A stretch of DNA of 32,000 bases from Sinorhizobium meliloti (GTDB taxonomy: Bacteria; Pseudomonadota; Alphaproteobacteria; Rhizobiales; Rhizobiaceae): the NCBI RefSeq assembly GCF_017876815.1, contig NZ_JAGIOS010000003.1:510001-542000 (forward strand). Direction: 5' to 3'. The position numbers were made by a program, and so were the translations under genes. Positions 9,685 to 19,600 of the stretch are shown here, in pieces (position 1 is the stretch's first letter; every line of letters starts with the position of its first letter). The notes beneath the pieces are model-generated. The model had not been told where the DNA came from. It did not search any database and saw only the letters and a program-made list of their open reading frames with translations.

Positions 9685-9699
9685 CCCTAAAGGACAATA
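9685..9699. promoter_or_regulatory. Copy C (inverted) of the repeated motif, CCCTAAAGGACAATA
   Basis: Its reverse complement is TATTGTCCTTTAGGG. It sits in the divergent intergenic region between the kinase gene and the DUF3300-like operon, about 170-185 nt upstream of ATG 9870. Confidence 0.4.
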
Positions 9700-9869
9700 T
9701 TCTAGCCGCTAGCTTACCACTAAAATTCACCTATGGTGAGTGTCGGTTGCATTGATCCGACGTGCTTCGGTACCTTCGGGTTGTCAGCACATGCACGACA
9801 CCTGAGACGCAGCGATAGCGAAAGGACGTGCAGTGGGCATTCCGCACAGGTTCGGGGAGGAGTGAAACG

Positions 9870-11213
9870 ATGATACCGACAAGGATCATTGCACTGAGCA
9901 GCGCGATGACGATCATGCTGTCATTGCATGCGACCGCACCTCTCGCCCAGGAAGCGCTTTCCCCCTCCGGGCAGGAGCAAGCCGCCCCAGAACCACTCAC
10001 CGAGGATGAACTCGAGGTACTCGTCGCCCGGATCGCGCTCTATGCGGACGAGTTGGTGGCGCTGGTCTCGGCCGCGTCGCTTTTTCCCCTGCAGGTCGTT
10101 GAGGCGGAGCGGTTTCTCGAGGCGCGCAAGAAGAACCCTGACCTGATGCCAAAGGAAGGTTGGGACGGCAGCGTGATCTCGCTGCTCAACTATCCCGATA
10201 TCGTCAAGATGATGAGCGAGGAACTCGAATGGACGCAAAGCTTCGGCCAGGCGATCGCCTATCAGCAGAAGGACGTGCTGATCGCCATCCAGCAATTGCG
10301 CGACGAGGCACTCGCCAAGGGTATCATCAAGTCCGATGACAAGATGAAGGTGGTCGAGGAGGGTGACAACATCATCATCCAGTCGGCGAGCCCTGAAACA
10401 ATCTACGTGCCGCAATATCCGCCGGAGATGCTCTACGAGCCGGATTACGCGCCAGCTCCGGTGGCCTACTATCCGGATCCCTATCCGGCCTACTACTATC
10501 CGGCCGCGACCTTCTTCGCCGGAGCGGTGACAGGCGCGGCATTCGCCGCCGTCGTCGACTGGGATGATTGGGGCGTCTGGGGCGGTCGCTGGAACGGCGA
10601 CATCGACGTGGATTGCAATAAATGCTTCAACAACATCGATATCGACGGCAAGATCAAGTGGAACGATATCGACTGGAAAAACGTCGACCGCAGCAAGCTT
10701 CAGATCGATCGCGACCAGGTCCAGAAGTTCGACCGTGCGGACATCAAGAACAACATCAAGGCGGACGGCGACAACAACATCCGCAACCGTGCCGCCGAAA
10801 TCAATCGCGACCGGGTGGCCGCACGTCCGGGCGCGGGCGCCGCCCAGGTCAAGGATGTCCGCAGGAGCACACTCGAGGGCCTGAAGGCCCAACCGCGACC
10901 AGAGGTGCGGCCAGCCGCAGGCCCCGGCGGCGCGCGGTCGGTCGCGAAGGCCGCACCCGGCGGTTCGAAGCCCAGCGTCAACCCTCCCAAGGGCAAGAAG
11001 CCCTCGCAGGTCAACCGCCCGGCTGGCAAGCCGAAGATGGCGGCCAAGGCGCAGAACCGGCCAAAGAAGCCGTCCGGCCTCGGCAATGTTTCATCCGGGC
11101 GGCGGGAGGTGGCGTCGTCGCGTCGCGGCGGCGAAAGCATGGGCGGCGGCCATCGCGGCGGCGGATCGCACAAGGCGATCAACCGTGGCGGCGGTGGCGA
11201 TCGCAGACGTTGA
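9870..11213 (+). CDS. Secreted DUF3300-like protein with a Pro/Tyr-rich segment, Asp-rich repeats and a long basic Gly/Arg/Lys tail
   Basis: GGAGG lies 9 nt upstream of ATG 9870. The signal peptide is MIPTRIIALSSAMTIMLSLHATAPLAQE. The conserved block LEVLVARIALYADELVALVSAASLFPLQVVEAERFL...LLNYPDIVKMM is what I recognise as DUF3300. The C-terminal ~130 aa is low-complexity and basic (..GKKPSQVNRPAGKPK..GGGHRGGGSHKAINRGGGGDRRR). Confidence 0.8.
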   Translation: MIPTRIIALSSAMTIMLSLHATAPLAQEALSPSGQEQAAPEPLTEDELEVLVARIALYADELVALVSAASLFPLQVVEAERFLEARKKNPDLMPKEGWDGSVISLLNYPDIVKMMSEELEWTQSFGQAIAYQQKDVLIAIQQLRDEALAKGIIKSDDKMKVVEEGDNIIIQSASPETIYVPQYPPEMLYEPDYAPAPVAYYPDPYPAYYYPAATFFAGAVTGAAFAAVVDWDDWGVWGGRWNGDIDVDCNKCFNNIDIDGKIKWNDIDWKNVDRSKLQIDRDQVQKFDRADIKNNIKADGDNNIRNRAAEINRDRVAARPGAGAAQVKDVRRSTLEGLKAQPRPEVRPAAGPGGARSVAKAAPGGSKPSVNPPKGKKPSQVNRPAGKPKMAAKAQNRPKKPSGLGNVSSGRREVASSRRGGESMGGGHRGGGSHKAINRGGGGDRRR

Positions 11214-11228
11214 ACGAAGGGGAAGCCC

Positions 11229-12179
11229 ATGACACAGCTCTTGCGTACTCTTCTCCTCGGATCGGCAATTACGCTCACGCTCGTCAATGCGCCGATCAAT
11301 ATGGCTCTCGCGCAGGCGCAGCCGCCGGTAAGTGTCGATGACTATGCCGCCGCAGAAGACCCGCCTGCCTTCGACGATCCATCGAGGGCGGTCGACGCCT
11401 TCAAGTCGGAGCTGAACACCAATGACTTCGACGGTCTTGCAGAACTCCTTGGCCTTGACGCCGCAAAGCTGAGGACGGGTGAAGGAGCGATGGAGACCTT
11501 CAATCTCATCCGCGAGGGCGCGGCCCGCAAGGTCGTCGTGCGCGATCTCGACAATCGCAAGATCCTCGAGATCGGCGACCGGCTGTGGCCGCTGCCGTTC
11601 CCGATCACCGAGCGCGAGGAAGGCAAATGGGCCTTCGACACCTATGTCGGGCTAGAAGAGATCGTCAACCGCCGCGTTGGCGAGAACGAGCTCGAGGCGA
11701 TAGAGACGGTACGGGCCTATGTCGAGGCGCAGAAGGACTATGCGGAACGGGATCGCGATGCCGACGGCGTCTTCGAATATGCCCAGAAGCTGATCAGCAG
11801 TCCGGGCCAGACCGACGGCCTCTACTGGCCGGCCGACCAGGGCGATGGCGAAAGCCCTGTCGGCGACGCCATCAGCGAAGCCGCATTGGAAAAGGCTAAG
11901 GCCGGCGAAGGCTATTTCGGTTATCGCTTCCGCATCCTGACCTCGCAGGGGGACAACATAGCCGGCGGTCGGCACGACTACGTCATCAACGACAACATGA
12001 TCGCCGGCTACGGATTGATCGCCTGGCCGGTCACATATGCCGAAACCGGCGTGAAGACCTTTGTCGTCAACCAACAGGGCATCGTCTATGAAAGGGACCT
12101 CGGAGCGAGCACCGCGGAGATCGTGCCCTTCATCGACGGCTTCGATCCGGACGACAATTGGAACGTGGTCAACGACTGA
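11229..12179 (+). CDS. Secreted DUF2950-like protein
   Basis: A signal peptide (MTQLLRTLLLGSAITLTLVNAPINMALAQA) is followed by the motifs WAFDTYVGLEEIVNRRVGENELEAIETVRAYVEAQKDYA and GYRFRILTSQG...GYGLIAWPVTYAETGVKTFVVNQQGIVYE. Its start is 16 nt after the DUF3300-like stop, which is the usual pairing. Confidence 0.8.
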   Translation: MTQLLRTLLLGSAITLTLVNAPINMALAQAQPPVSVDDYAAAEDPPAFDDPSRAVDAFKSELNTNDFDGLAELLGLDAAKLRTGEGAMETFNLIREGAARKVVVRDLDNRKILEIGDRLWPLPFPITEREEGKWAFDTYVGLEEIVNRRVGENELEAIETVRAYVEAQKDYAERDRDADGVFEYAQKLISSPGQTDGLYWPADQGDGESPVGDAISEAALEKAKAGEGYFGYRFRILTSQGDNIAGGRHDYVINDNMIAGYGLIAWPVTYAETGVKTFVVNQQGIVYERDLGASTAEIVPFIDGFDPDDNWNVVND

Positions 12180-12247
12180 ACCGCTTACCTCTGAAGCAGC
12201 CAGGCCCGCAAGGGCTAGATCAAAACAGCATTCTATGGGTCGCAGAA

Positions 12248-12724
12248 ATGGCAGAGACATTGCATCCGGCCGCAGTCGATCATCTCCCTGTGTTCATCAC
12301 CGCTCCGGGGGACACGGATATTCTCTTCAATGTCATGGTGGTGTTCGTGCTGCTGCTGATCTTCCTGATCGGCATTCTCTATCTACGGCTGCACGCGCTG
12401 CCGGAGCACATGGCGCATGGCGCGAGCAAGGTTCAGCTACAGTTGGTCGCCGTGCTGTCGCTGATCGCGCTGTTCACCCACAATCATCTGTTCTGGATCG
12501 CCGCGCTGTTGCTGGCACTGATCGAGTTTCCGGATTTCTCGTCGCCCATCACGTCGATGGCTGAATCGCTTCGGAAAATCGCCGATCGGGACGATCGGCC
12601 GCTCGAAACCCCGCCGATGGAACTCCAGGAGAAACCGACAAGCCCCCGTCCGGCGCAGCCCGAATGGACACCGTTCGAACCGGAACCTTCGGCGGGCGAC
12701 ACATTATCAGAGCGGAGGGGTTGA
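12248..12724 (+). CDS. Small membrane protein (2-3 TM segments) with an acidic, Pro-rich tail
   Basis: ATG 12248 gives MAETLHPAAVDHLPVFITAPG, then hydrophobic spans (ILFNVMVVFVLLLIFLIGILYL and LQLVAVLSLIALF...FWIAALLLALI). It stops 4 nt before the HlyD-like ATG. The ORF-track start at 12158 overlaps the end of the previous gene. Confidence 0.6.
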   Translation: MAETLHPAAVDHLPVFITAPGDTDILFNVMVVFVLLLIFLIGILYLRLHALPEHMAHGASKVQLQLVAVLSLIALFTHNHLFWIAALLLALIEFPDFSSPITSMAESLRKIADRDDRPLETPPMELQEKPTSPRPAQPEWTPFEPEPSAGDTLSERRG

Positions 12725-12727
12725 GCC

Positions 12728-13957
12728 ATGTTAGAGTTCATGATCTGCTCGATGCTGACGATCTTTCCCGACTTTCTCTTTCGCCGCTATGTTCAGGGAA
12801 AGAGGATCGGCCGGGAGATCAATCTCTATTCCATTTGGTTCGAGCTGCGTTGGGGTATCACCGCCTGCGTGATCCTCGCCCTTTCGCTGATCACGCTGAT
12901 TTTCTATTTTCATCCTTCCACAAAGAACGTCACAGCTGTTTTCCGCACGGTTACCATCTTGCCCGAGTCGACCGGACGCGTGGCCGAAGTGTTCGTCGGC
13001 ACGAACGAGAAAGTCGCGGCGGGAGCTCCCCACTTCCGCCTCGACAACACGGAACAGCGGGCGGCGCTTGAAACGGCCCGCCGGCGCGTCGCCGAAATCG
13101 ACGCTGAGACGGCGGTCGCGCAGACCGAACTGGCGGCGGCTGATGGGATGATCGCACAAGCGCAAGGCGCGTACCAACAGGCGCTGGACGAACTCAACAC
13201 ACAGGTTGAGCTCAATCGTCGCAACCCGAACGTGGTGGCAAGGCGGGAAATCGAAAGGCGTCAGGTGGCCGTGGACGGCCGCAACGGTGCGCTTGCCGCC
13301 GCCGTTGCCAACAAGCAGACCCTTCAGACGAAAATCGCCTCCCTTCTGCCAGCGCAGAAGGCCAGCGCCGAGGCAGCGCTAGGCCAGGCCCAGGTCGAAC
13401 TCGACAAAACCATTGTGCGTGCAGGCACCGCCGGTATGCTTCAGCAGTTTGCTCTGCGGCCCGGCGACATCGTCAATCCGATGATCCGCTCCGCCGGCAT
13501 CCTGGTGCCTGATGATCGCCGGATCGGGCTGATCGCCGGCTTTGGCCAGATCGAGGCCCAGGTGATGAAGCCGGGCATGATCGCCGAGGCGACCTGCGTC
13601 GGCAAACCCTTCACCATTATTCCGATGGTGGTAACAGAGGTCCAGAACGTTATCGCCACCGGGCAGATTCGCCCGACCGATCAGCTCGCCGACGTGCAAC
13701 AGATGTCGCGTCCTGGGACGCTGACCACTTTCCTGGAACCGCTTTTCGACGGCCAGTTCACTGCCATCCCGCCCGGAAGCAGTTGCATCGCCAACGCCTA
13801 CACCGGCAATCACGACGAATTGCACTCGCCGGACATTAGCACACCGCGCTGGCTGTTCCTGCACATGGTGGACGCCGTGGGGCTGGTACACGCCATGATC
13901 CTCCGGCTGCAAGCGCTGCTCCTGCCGGTGCAGACGCTTGTACTGACAGGGCATTGA
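12728..13957 (+). CDS. HlyD-family membrane-fusion/periplasmic adaptor protein with two N-terminal TM segments
   Basis: A lipoyl-like hairpin (GRVAEVFVGTNEKVAAGAPHFRLDN), then a coiled-coil (QRAALETARRRVAEIDAETAVAQTELAAADGMIAQAQGAYQQALDEL...), then a beta-barrel segment (LDKTIVRAGTAGMLQQFALRPGDIV). Confidence 0.8.
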   Translation: MLEFMICSMLTIFPDFLFRRYVQGKRIGREINLYSIWFELRWGITACVILALSLITLIFYFHPSTKNVTAVFRTVTILPESTGRVAEVFVGTNEKVAAGAPHFRLDNTEQRAALETARRRVAEIDAETAVAQTELAAADGMIAQAQGAYQQALDELNTQVELNRRNPNVVARREIERRQVAVDGRNGALAAAVANKQTLQTKIASLLPAQKASAEAALGQAQVELDKTIVRAGTAGMLQQFALRPGDIVNPMIRSAGILVPDDRRIGLIAGFGQIEAQVMKPGMIAEATCVGKPFTIIPMVVTEVQNVIATGQIRPTDQLADVQQMSRPGTLTTFLEPLFDGQFTAIPPGSSCIANAYTGNHDELHSPDISTPRWLFLHMVDAVGLVHAMILRLQALLLPVQTLVLTGH

Positions 13958-14091
13958 ATTGGAGGGGCGCCGGATCCTTGACTGGCGGCGCCTTCTTGCT
14001 CGTCTCGGAAGCCCACGGGCCGGCGCAACGACGTAATCCGCCCGCGTGGGTATCGTGGCCGTCTATAATCGGTGCAAAGGACTGGAAGCAG

Positions 14092-16188
14092 ATGAGTGCA
14101 GTCTTCAAGCATGGTGATAGAGGCCTTGCCGCGATCGTTCTGTGTCTCCAGCTCGTTTTCGGGCTTGCCTCTACGGTGGCAGCACAGGAGCCGGCGACCG
14201 CTACCGCGCCGCCCGCGAAGGTCCAGCAACTGATCGAATTGCTGGACGACCCGGAAGTCCGGCAATGGCTGACCGCCAAGCAGGCCGCGGCGCCGGCCGC
14301 CGCCACGACACCGGCGGGTCTCGCATCCCAATGGATCGCAGAAATCAGGAGGCACCTTGGCGGCATGCGGAACGCCGTGCCGCGGGTGGTTCCCGAGTGG
14401 ATGGCGGCAAGAGAGCGCATCGCGGCCGAGATGCACCAAGGGACGATGCCGATCCTGCGCGGCTTCGCCTTTCTGCTCCTTGCCGGCTACGGCGCCGAGT
14501 TCCTGCTGCGTTATCTCCTGCGGCGCAGTGCGAGCCGAAGCTTGGCTCAGTTCGGGCCTGGTCTTGACGCTCTTCTTCGCATCGCACCGCTGGTCGTCTT
14601 TGCGATCGCAGCGATCGCGGCCTTCGTGTTAGCCGGCTGGCCACGCCAGCTCGAGATGGCGGTCGCACCGCTGCTCATCGCCTGGATCGCCGCCCGCTTG
14701 CTGGTTGCAATCGCTGCGGCCGTGTTCAAGCCCGCAGAGGACGGCAGGGCGCTGGAGGGGAGCGTATCTCTCACGCCGGAAGCAGCGCATTTCTGGCACA
14801 GACGATTCGTGCTGTTTGCCTGTTCCGTTGCTTTCCTGTGGGCCGTCGTCGACGTGATGCAGGCACTCGCGTTTCCGGCCGACGTCCGCGATTTTACGGC
14901 TGCCGCCCTCGGCCTCGTCGTACTGGGCCTGGCGATCGATACCGTGTTGCGCCGACCCGTCGCGGAAATGTCAGCCGGACGGCGGATAATGCGCAATGCG
15001 CTGCTCATCGGCTTCCTTGTGCTGCTGTGGCTCGTCTGGGTCGCGGGCATGAAGGTGCTGTTCTGGCTCGGAATCTATGTACTCGGCCTGCCGCCGCTGT
15101 TGCGTTTCACCAGCGCCACTACAAGGACAATGCTGGACGCCGAAGCGGCGGATAACGTCCGGGTCATGCGCAACGTCCTAATTGACCGCGGTGCCCGGTT
15201 CGCGATCATAGCGCTCGCGGCCGCCTGGCTCGCCGTCGTTTTCCGTATCAACGGCAGTGCGATGATGCAGGACGATGTTTTCAACCGGATCTTCCGCGGT
15301 ATTCTTGCAGGCGTAGTTATTCTGCTTGCGGCAGATCTGATCTGGCAACTGGCGAAGGGTTTCATCGATCTGCACCTGAGGCGGGCGAGCGTCAACGGTG
15401 CCGACTCAGCGCAACTCGCCCGCAGCATGCGGTTGCGCACGCTGCTGCCGATCCTGCGCAATTTTCTCGCGGTGTTTATTGCGGTCGTCGCCGGCATGAT
15501 GGTGCTCTCCGGCCTCGGCGTTCATGTCGGCCCGCTGATCGCCGGTGCCGGCGTCTTTGGTGTCGCCATCGGTTTCGGCTCACAGACCCTGGTCAAGGAT
15601 ATCCTCAGTGGCGTGTTCTACATGATGGACGATGCCTTTCGGGTCGGCGAATACATCCAAAGCGGCAGCTACAAAGGCACAGTGGAATCCTTCAGCATCC
15701 GTTCGGTGAAGCTTCGGCATCACCGCGGACCGGTGTTCACCGTTCCTTTCGGCTCGCTCGGCGCTGTCCAGAACATGAGCCGCGACTGGGTTATCGACAA
15801 GTTCATGATCAACGTCTCCTACGATGCCGACGTTGCCAAGGTGAAGAAGGTCGTCAAGGGCATAGGCGCCGCGCTCCTCGACGATCCCGAACTCGGGCCG
15901 CTGATCATAGAAACGGTGAAGATGAAGGGCGTCGAGCAGTTCGGCGACTATGGCATCACCTTGAGTTTCGCCATGACGACGAAGCCCGGACACCAGACCC
16001 AGATCAGGCGCCGGGCCCAGGCCATGATCAAGGATGCCTTCGCGGCCAACAGCATCCACTTTGCCTCGCCGACCGTTCAGGTCGCCGGTGATGAAGCGCA
16101 AGCGACAGCGGCAGCTGCCGCGACACGCGACGCAATCGCGAAGAGGAATGCGGCCGCGGCGCAGAAGGGGGAGACAGCCGCCGAGTAG
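14092..16188 (+). CDS. Large mechanosensitive-channel family protein (MscS domain; MscK/MscM-like architecture)
   Basis: A signal peptide at ATG 14092 (MSAVFKHGDRGLAAIVLCLQLVFGLASTVAAQE), then a periplasmic stretch and about 8 or more TM spans. The MscS core is GFGSQTLVKDILSGVFYMMDDAFRVGEYIQSGSYKGTVESFSIRSVKLRHHRGPVFTVPFG. Confidence 0.85.
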   Translation: MSAVFKHGDRGLAAIVLCLQLVFGLASTVAAQEPATATAPPAKVQQLIELLDDPEVRQWLTAKQAAAPAAATTPAGLASQWIAEIRRHLGGMRNAVPRVVPEWMAARERIAAEMHQGTMPILRGFAFLLLAGYGAEFLLRYLLRRSASRSLAQFGPGLDALLRIAPLVVFAIAAIAAFVLAGWPRQLEMAVAPLLIAWIAARLLVAIAAAVFKPAEDGRALEGSVSLTPEAAHFWHRRFVLFACSVAFLWAVVDVMQALAFPADVRDFTAAALGLVVLGLAIDTVLRRPVAEMSAGRRIMRNALLIGFLVLLWLVWVAGMKVLFWLGIYVLGLPPLLRFTSATTRTMLDAEAADNVRVMRNVLIDRGARFAIIALAAAWLAVVFRINGSAMMQDDVFNRIFRGILAGVVILLAADLIWQLAKGFIDLHLRRASVNGADSAQLARSMRLRTLLPILRNFLAVFIAVVAGMMVLSGLGVHVGPLIAGAGVFGVAIGFGSQTLVKDILSGVFYMMDDAFRVGEYIQSGSYKGTVESFSIRSVKLRHHRGPVFTVPFGSLGAVQNMSRDWVIDKFMINVSYDADVAKVKKVVKGIGAALLDDPELGPLIIETVKMKGVEQFGDYGITLSFAMTTKPGHQTQIRRRAQAMIKDAFAANSIHFASPTVQVAGDEAQATAAAAATRDAIAKRNAAAAQKGETAAE

Positions 16189-16345
16189 CTCATTGGTCTG
16201 CGGGAGTAAAAGTGCATGGGCGCCATCGTTCTTGTGCCGCTTCACGGATATGGATCCGGCTCAAGACGGCAGCTGCACAATTTGTCAAACACAGCCGCTG
16301 CTTTGGATCCGAGACACGACTTTGCAGTGCCACCGGTATATGTCG

Positions 16346-16391
16346 CGAAGTGGATGCGAAGCTGCCGTTCGGCAGCTTCGCATCCACTTCG
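16346..16391. repeat. Perfect 22-bp-stem palindrome (REP/RIME-like hairpin or bidirectional terminator)
   Basis: CGAAGTGGATGCGAAGCTGCCG tt CGGCAGCTTCGCATCCACTTCG, read directly. It lies between the convergent MscS-type gene and traA. The mirrored short ORFs on both strands (..AKLPFGSFASTS..) are a by-product of the palindrome. Confidence 0.8.
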
Positions 16392-16645
16392 GCTGTCCAC
16401 CACTGCAGCCCTTAGAAATCGACACCGAATGGCGGAAATCTGTGCAACTACGTCAATCGCTGGTCGCCAATCGCGTTTGAGCAATTCTGGCGCCACCGAG
16501 GATCTTTGTCCTCTAGCTCGTAGACGCGGCCGGGGACGATCGCGGGCCTGGTTGACGATCTCGATGGCGATCTCGGGGCGAACGACCGCGTCGTAAGAGC
16601 TTTCCGTTCAGGCATTCGTCTCTCCTTCTGCTTTCTTCAATATGC

Positions 16646-19600
16646 TCATCGGGTGACGCCGCGAGCGCGATCGATGACGCGCCGCTGCCGCTCCGAAATG
16701 ATCTCCTGACTGCTTTGCACGCGAACGGCCTGCTGCAAGATCGTCAGCCTGTCCCGCATCGCCTCGAAGGCGCGGCGCTGGGCCGGCGAGACGCGATTGA
16801 TGACGTCCGTCTCGCCGCGCAGGATGGCGTTGCGGCCGAAGCGCTCATCGAGCGCGCGGCTGACCTTGGCGAACTCTCGGGCGATGCGCGGATCGAGCGA
16901 GCCCGCGGCGACGTCGAGCTTGCGGTCCTTGTTCTTGATCTGCGCCGCCAGCCGCTTGAGCGCGTCCTCGGCCGCTGGCGACAAACCGGGAATGGCAACC
17001 GCCATTCGGCGGCGCTCTTCGGTGATACTTCTAGTTTCGGCATCGAGGGCACTGGCATAGGACGCGCCGAGGGAACGGATACGGCTTGCCGCTTCCGGCA
17101 CAGCTTGAAGTGCGCCCTTCCTTTCCCGGCCGACGGCAAGCAACTTGTCCATGATGCGGTCGGAACCGCGCAGCGCCCCATAGGCGGCGGGATCGTTGGT
17201 CACCGCCGCGGCGATGCGTTCGGCCGCAAAGCCCTTGACGATCAGATCCTCGATCTTGCCGATCGCGTCTGCTGGGTCTCGCCAGACGCGTGTTGCCGTT
17301 TCAACGAGGGCCGCGCGGTGATGTGCATAGTGAGGAGCGGCGAGCGCTCGCTCCCTCGCTTCCTCGTCCACCGTCGTCTTGAACTCGGTGACAGGCGCAA
17401 GCATCGGCAGCACGGCAAAAGTCCCCTTCCCCAACTCGACACTGGCGCCGGCAACGATCTTCGACCGATCCTGTCTCTCGGCAAGGTGCTGTTCTTCGGC
17501 GAAGCGCCTGATGACGGCGAACAGGCGCGTCAGCTTTTCGCGACGCTCGGGGGCAAGATCCTCCGGCATGCGCTCGGCGATGTTGCGCTCGGCAATCACA
17601 TCCGCCTTCGCGGTGAAGGCGCTCCAGCCGAAGCGTGCGGTCAGTGCCTCGTTGACGGCCTTGACCTCCTGGATCAGCAAGCGGTCCTCGACGGCAAAGG
17701 CAAAGGCGGTCCTGTAGGCGTCGTCTCCCCCTTGCTTGCGGACCGCCTCGATTTCGACCAGGCGCGCCATCGCCGTTTTCGAGAGCGCCGGAACCGACAA
17801 TGCCATATGCGCGCGCCGCTGCTGCTCGCGGATACCGAAGCGCTCGGCGTTTCTGCGGAACTCGGTCGCATGAGCGCGTGCCAGAGGCAGCAATTCCGAC
17901 AGCGCGACGGTCGCCGCGGTGCGCTCGTCGCGCGCGGCGCGGCCGTCGACCACGAGCTCGGACCCGCGCAGGCGGCCAAGCCGGTCGGGTGCAAGGCCAA
18001 GGTCCTCGGCAAGCTTGCGCGGCTCGATGGCGGCGTCCGATGCCAGCGCATTCAGCGCCGACAGCGCGCCATCAGGATCGCGATAGATTTTCGCGAGCAC
18101 CGGATGCACGATCGCCTCCCGCTCCTTCCACCGTTGCGAGGAGAGCTGCGCAAGACGTGCATCCTCCGCGACGCTGCGGGAGAATGTCGTGGTCGGCGGG
18201 ACCAGATATTTTCCATCCGACGGGATTCCGGTCGAGAGGGTTTCGGTCCGTTCCTCGTTGTAGGAGACACGCCGTTCCCGCTCGATCGCAAAGCCGAGCG
18301 CAACGCTCGCCCGCTCCCAGAGCCTGGCCACCTGCTCCCGCTTCTCGGCAATCCCGGCCCAATGCCGCAACACCTCCGCTTCCATTCCGGCCGCGACCAG
18401 CGAGAGATGATAAAGCCCGCGCCGTCTGGCGAAGTCGCGGGCGTGCGCCTGATAACCGGCCTCATCCTCAAAATCGAGCGTCGTTGTCTTGGCGCCGGAG
18501 CGCGACAGGCGCTCGACGAGCTGCTTGAACAGTTGCGGCCGATGGCTCTCGCGCTCGATCCGCTCCCGGCGGGCCGCGGCGGTTTCCAGCTGGCTTGCGC
18601 TCCAGACATTGCGATCGACCTGTCGTTCCTCGAAGCGCTTCTCACCGGTTTGCTCATCGACAATCGGAACCTGGACCTTGACCCGCTCCACGCCGTCTTT
18701 ACGCAACGTGATCGTGTCGCCTTCCGCGACGCCAGCATCCTTAAGCGCCTTCGGCAGGCTGACGCCCCAAAGCCGATTGACGGTGCCGTCGTCGGTCCTG
18801 ATGTCGGCATAGGGGCTCTCGTCCGCATCCTCGTCATTGGGCCGGAACTTTGCCATCCCTTCTTCGACCAGTTCGCCGGTGACGCCGGCGGCATGGTCGA
18901 CACGCGGCTTACGACCCCATTCGGGCTTCGCCTCAAAGTCCTCTTTCGCCGCGTAAAGATCGGCGCGGTCGCGATGGCGGGTCATCGCCACATAGGTCAG
19001 ATGCTGGTCCATCATGCCGGTGGCGAGCACGAAGGTGCGGTCGACGGTCGACCCTTGCGACTTATGGATGGTCGCGGCATAGCCGTGATCGACATTGCGA
19101 TAGCTGTCCTGGCTGATGACGACGTCGCGGCCACTGTCGAGGCGCACCGACAGCAGCGTATCGCCGCGTCTGTCGCCGGTGGAAACGACCGTGCCGAGCA
19201 TGCCGTTCTTCACGTATTGCGGTCCAAGCCGCCGTGCCCGCGGCTCAATGAAGCGGGCGTTTTCCAGGAAGATGATCCGGTCGCCAGCGGCGAACTCGCG
19301 AAGCCCACGCGCCGTCTGGAATTCCCGCGCCCCTGCAAGCGCGCCCTCGCCGATCATGACGTTGCGCAGGGCCTCGTTCAGCTTCCGGACATCATCGTTG
19401 GTGTGGGCGAGAACCAGCAGCTCGTCGCCGCGAAGGCGGCCCGGATGTTCGCCGTCGGCGGTTTTCTGAAGCAGGTCACGGCGGGCATTGGCCCAATCGG
19501 CAACGATGCGGTCGACGATCTCGGCGCGGGTTTCGGTCTCGACAATGCGGCCCTGCTGCGCATAGGCATCGAGACCCTCTTCGACCTTGCCGCGGGCGAA

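Noticed and set aside
9921-10892. 323-aa minus-strand ORF over the DUF3300-like gene, and the 239-aa and 199-aa ORFs at 10622-11341
   Set aside because: They are shadow frames of the DUF3300-like gene and its low-complexity basic tail, with no RBS or motif support.
13954-14091. TTG 13954 (overlapping the HlyD stop as TTGA) as the start of the MscS-type gene
   Set aside because: The 46 extra residues are not signal-like. ATG 14092 has AAGGA upstream and begins a textbook signal peptide. Coupling through the TTGA overlap cannot be fully excluded.
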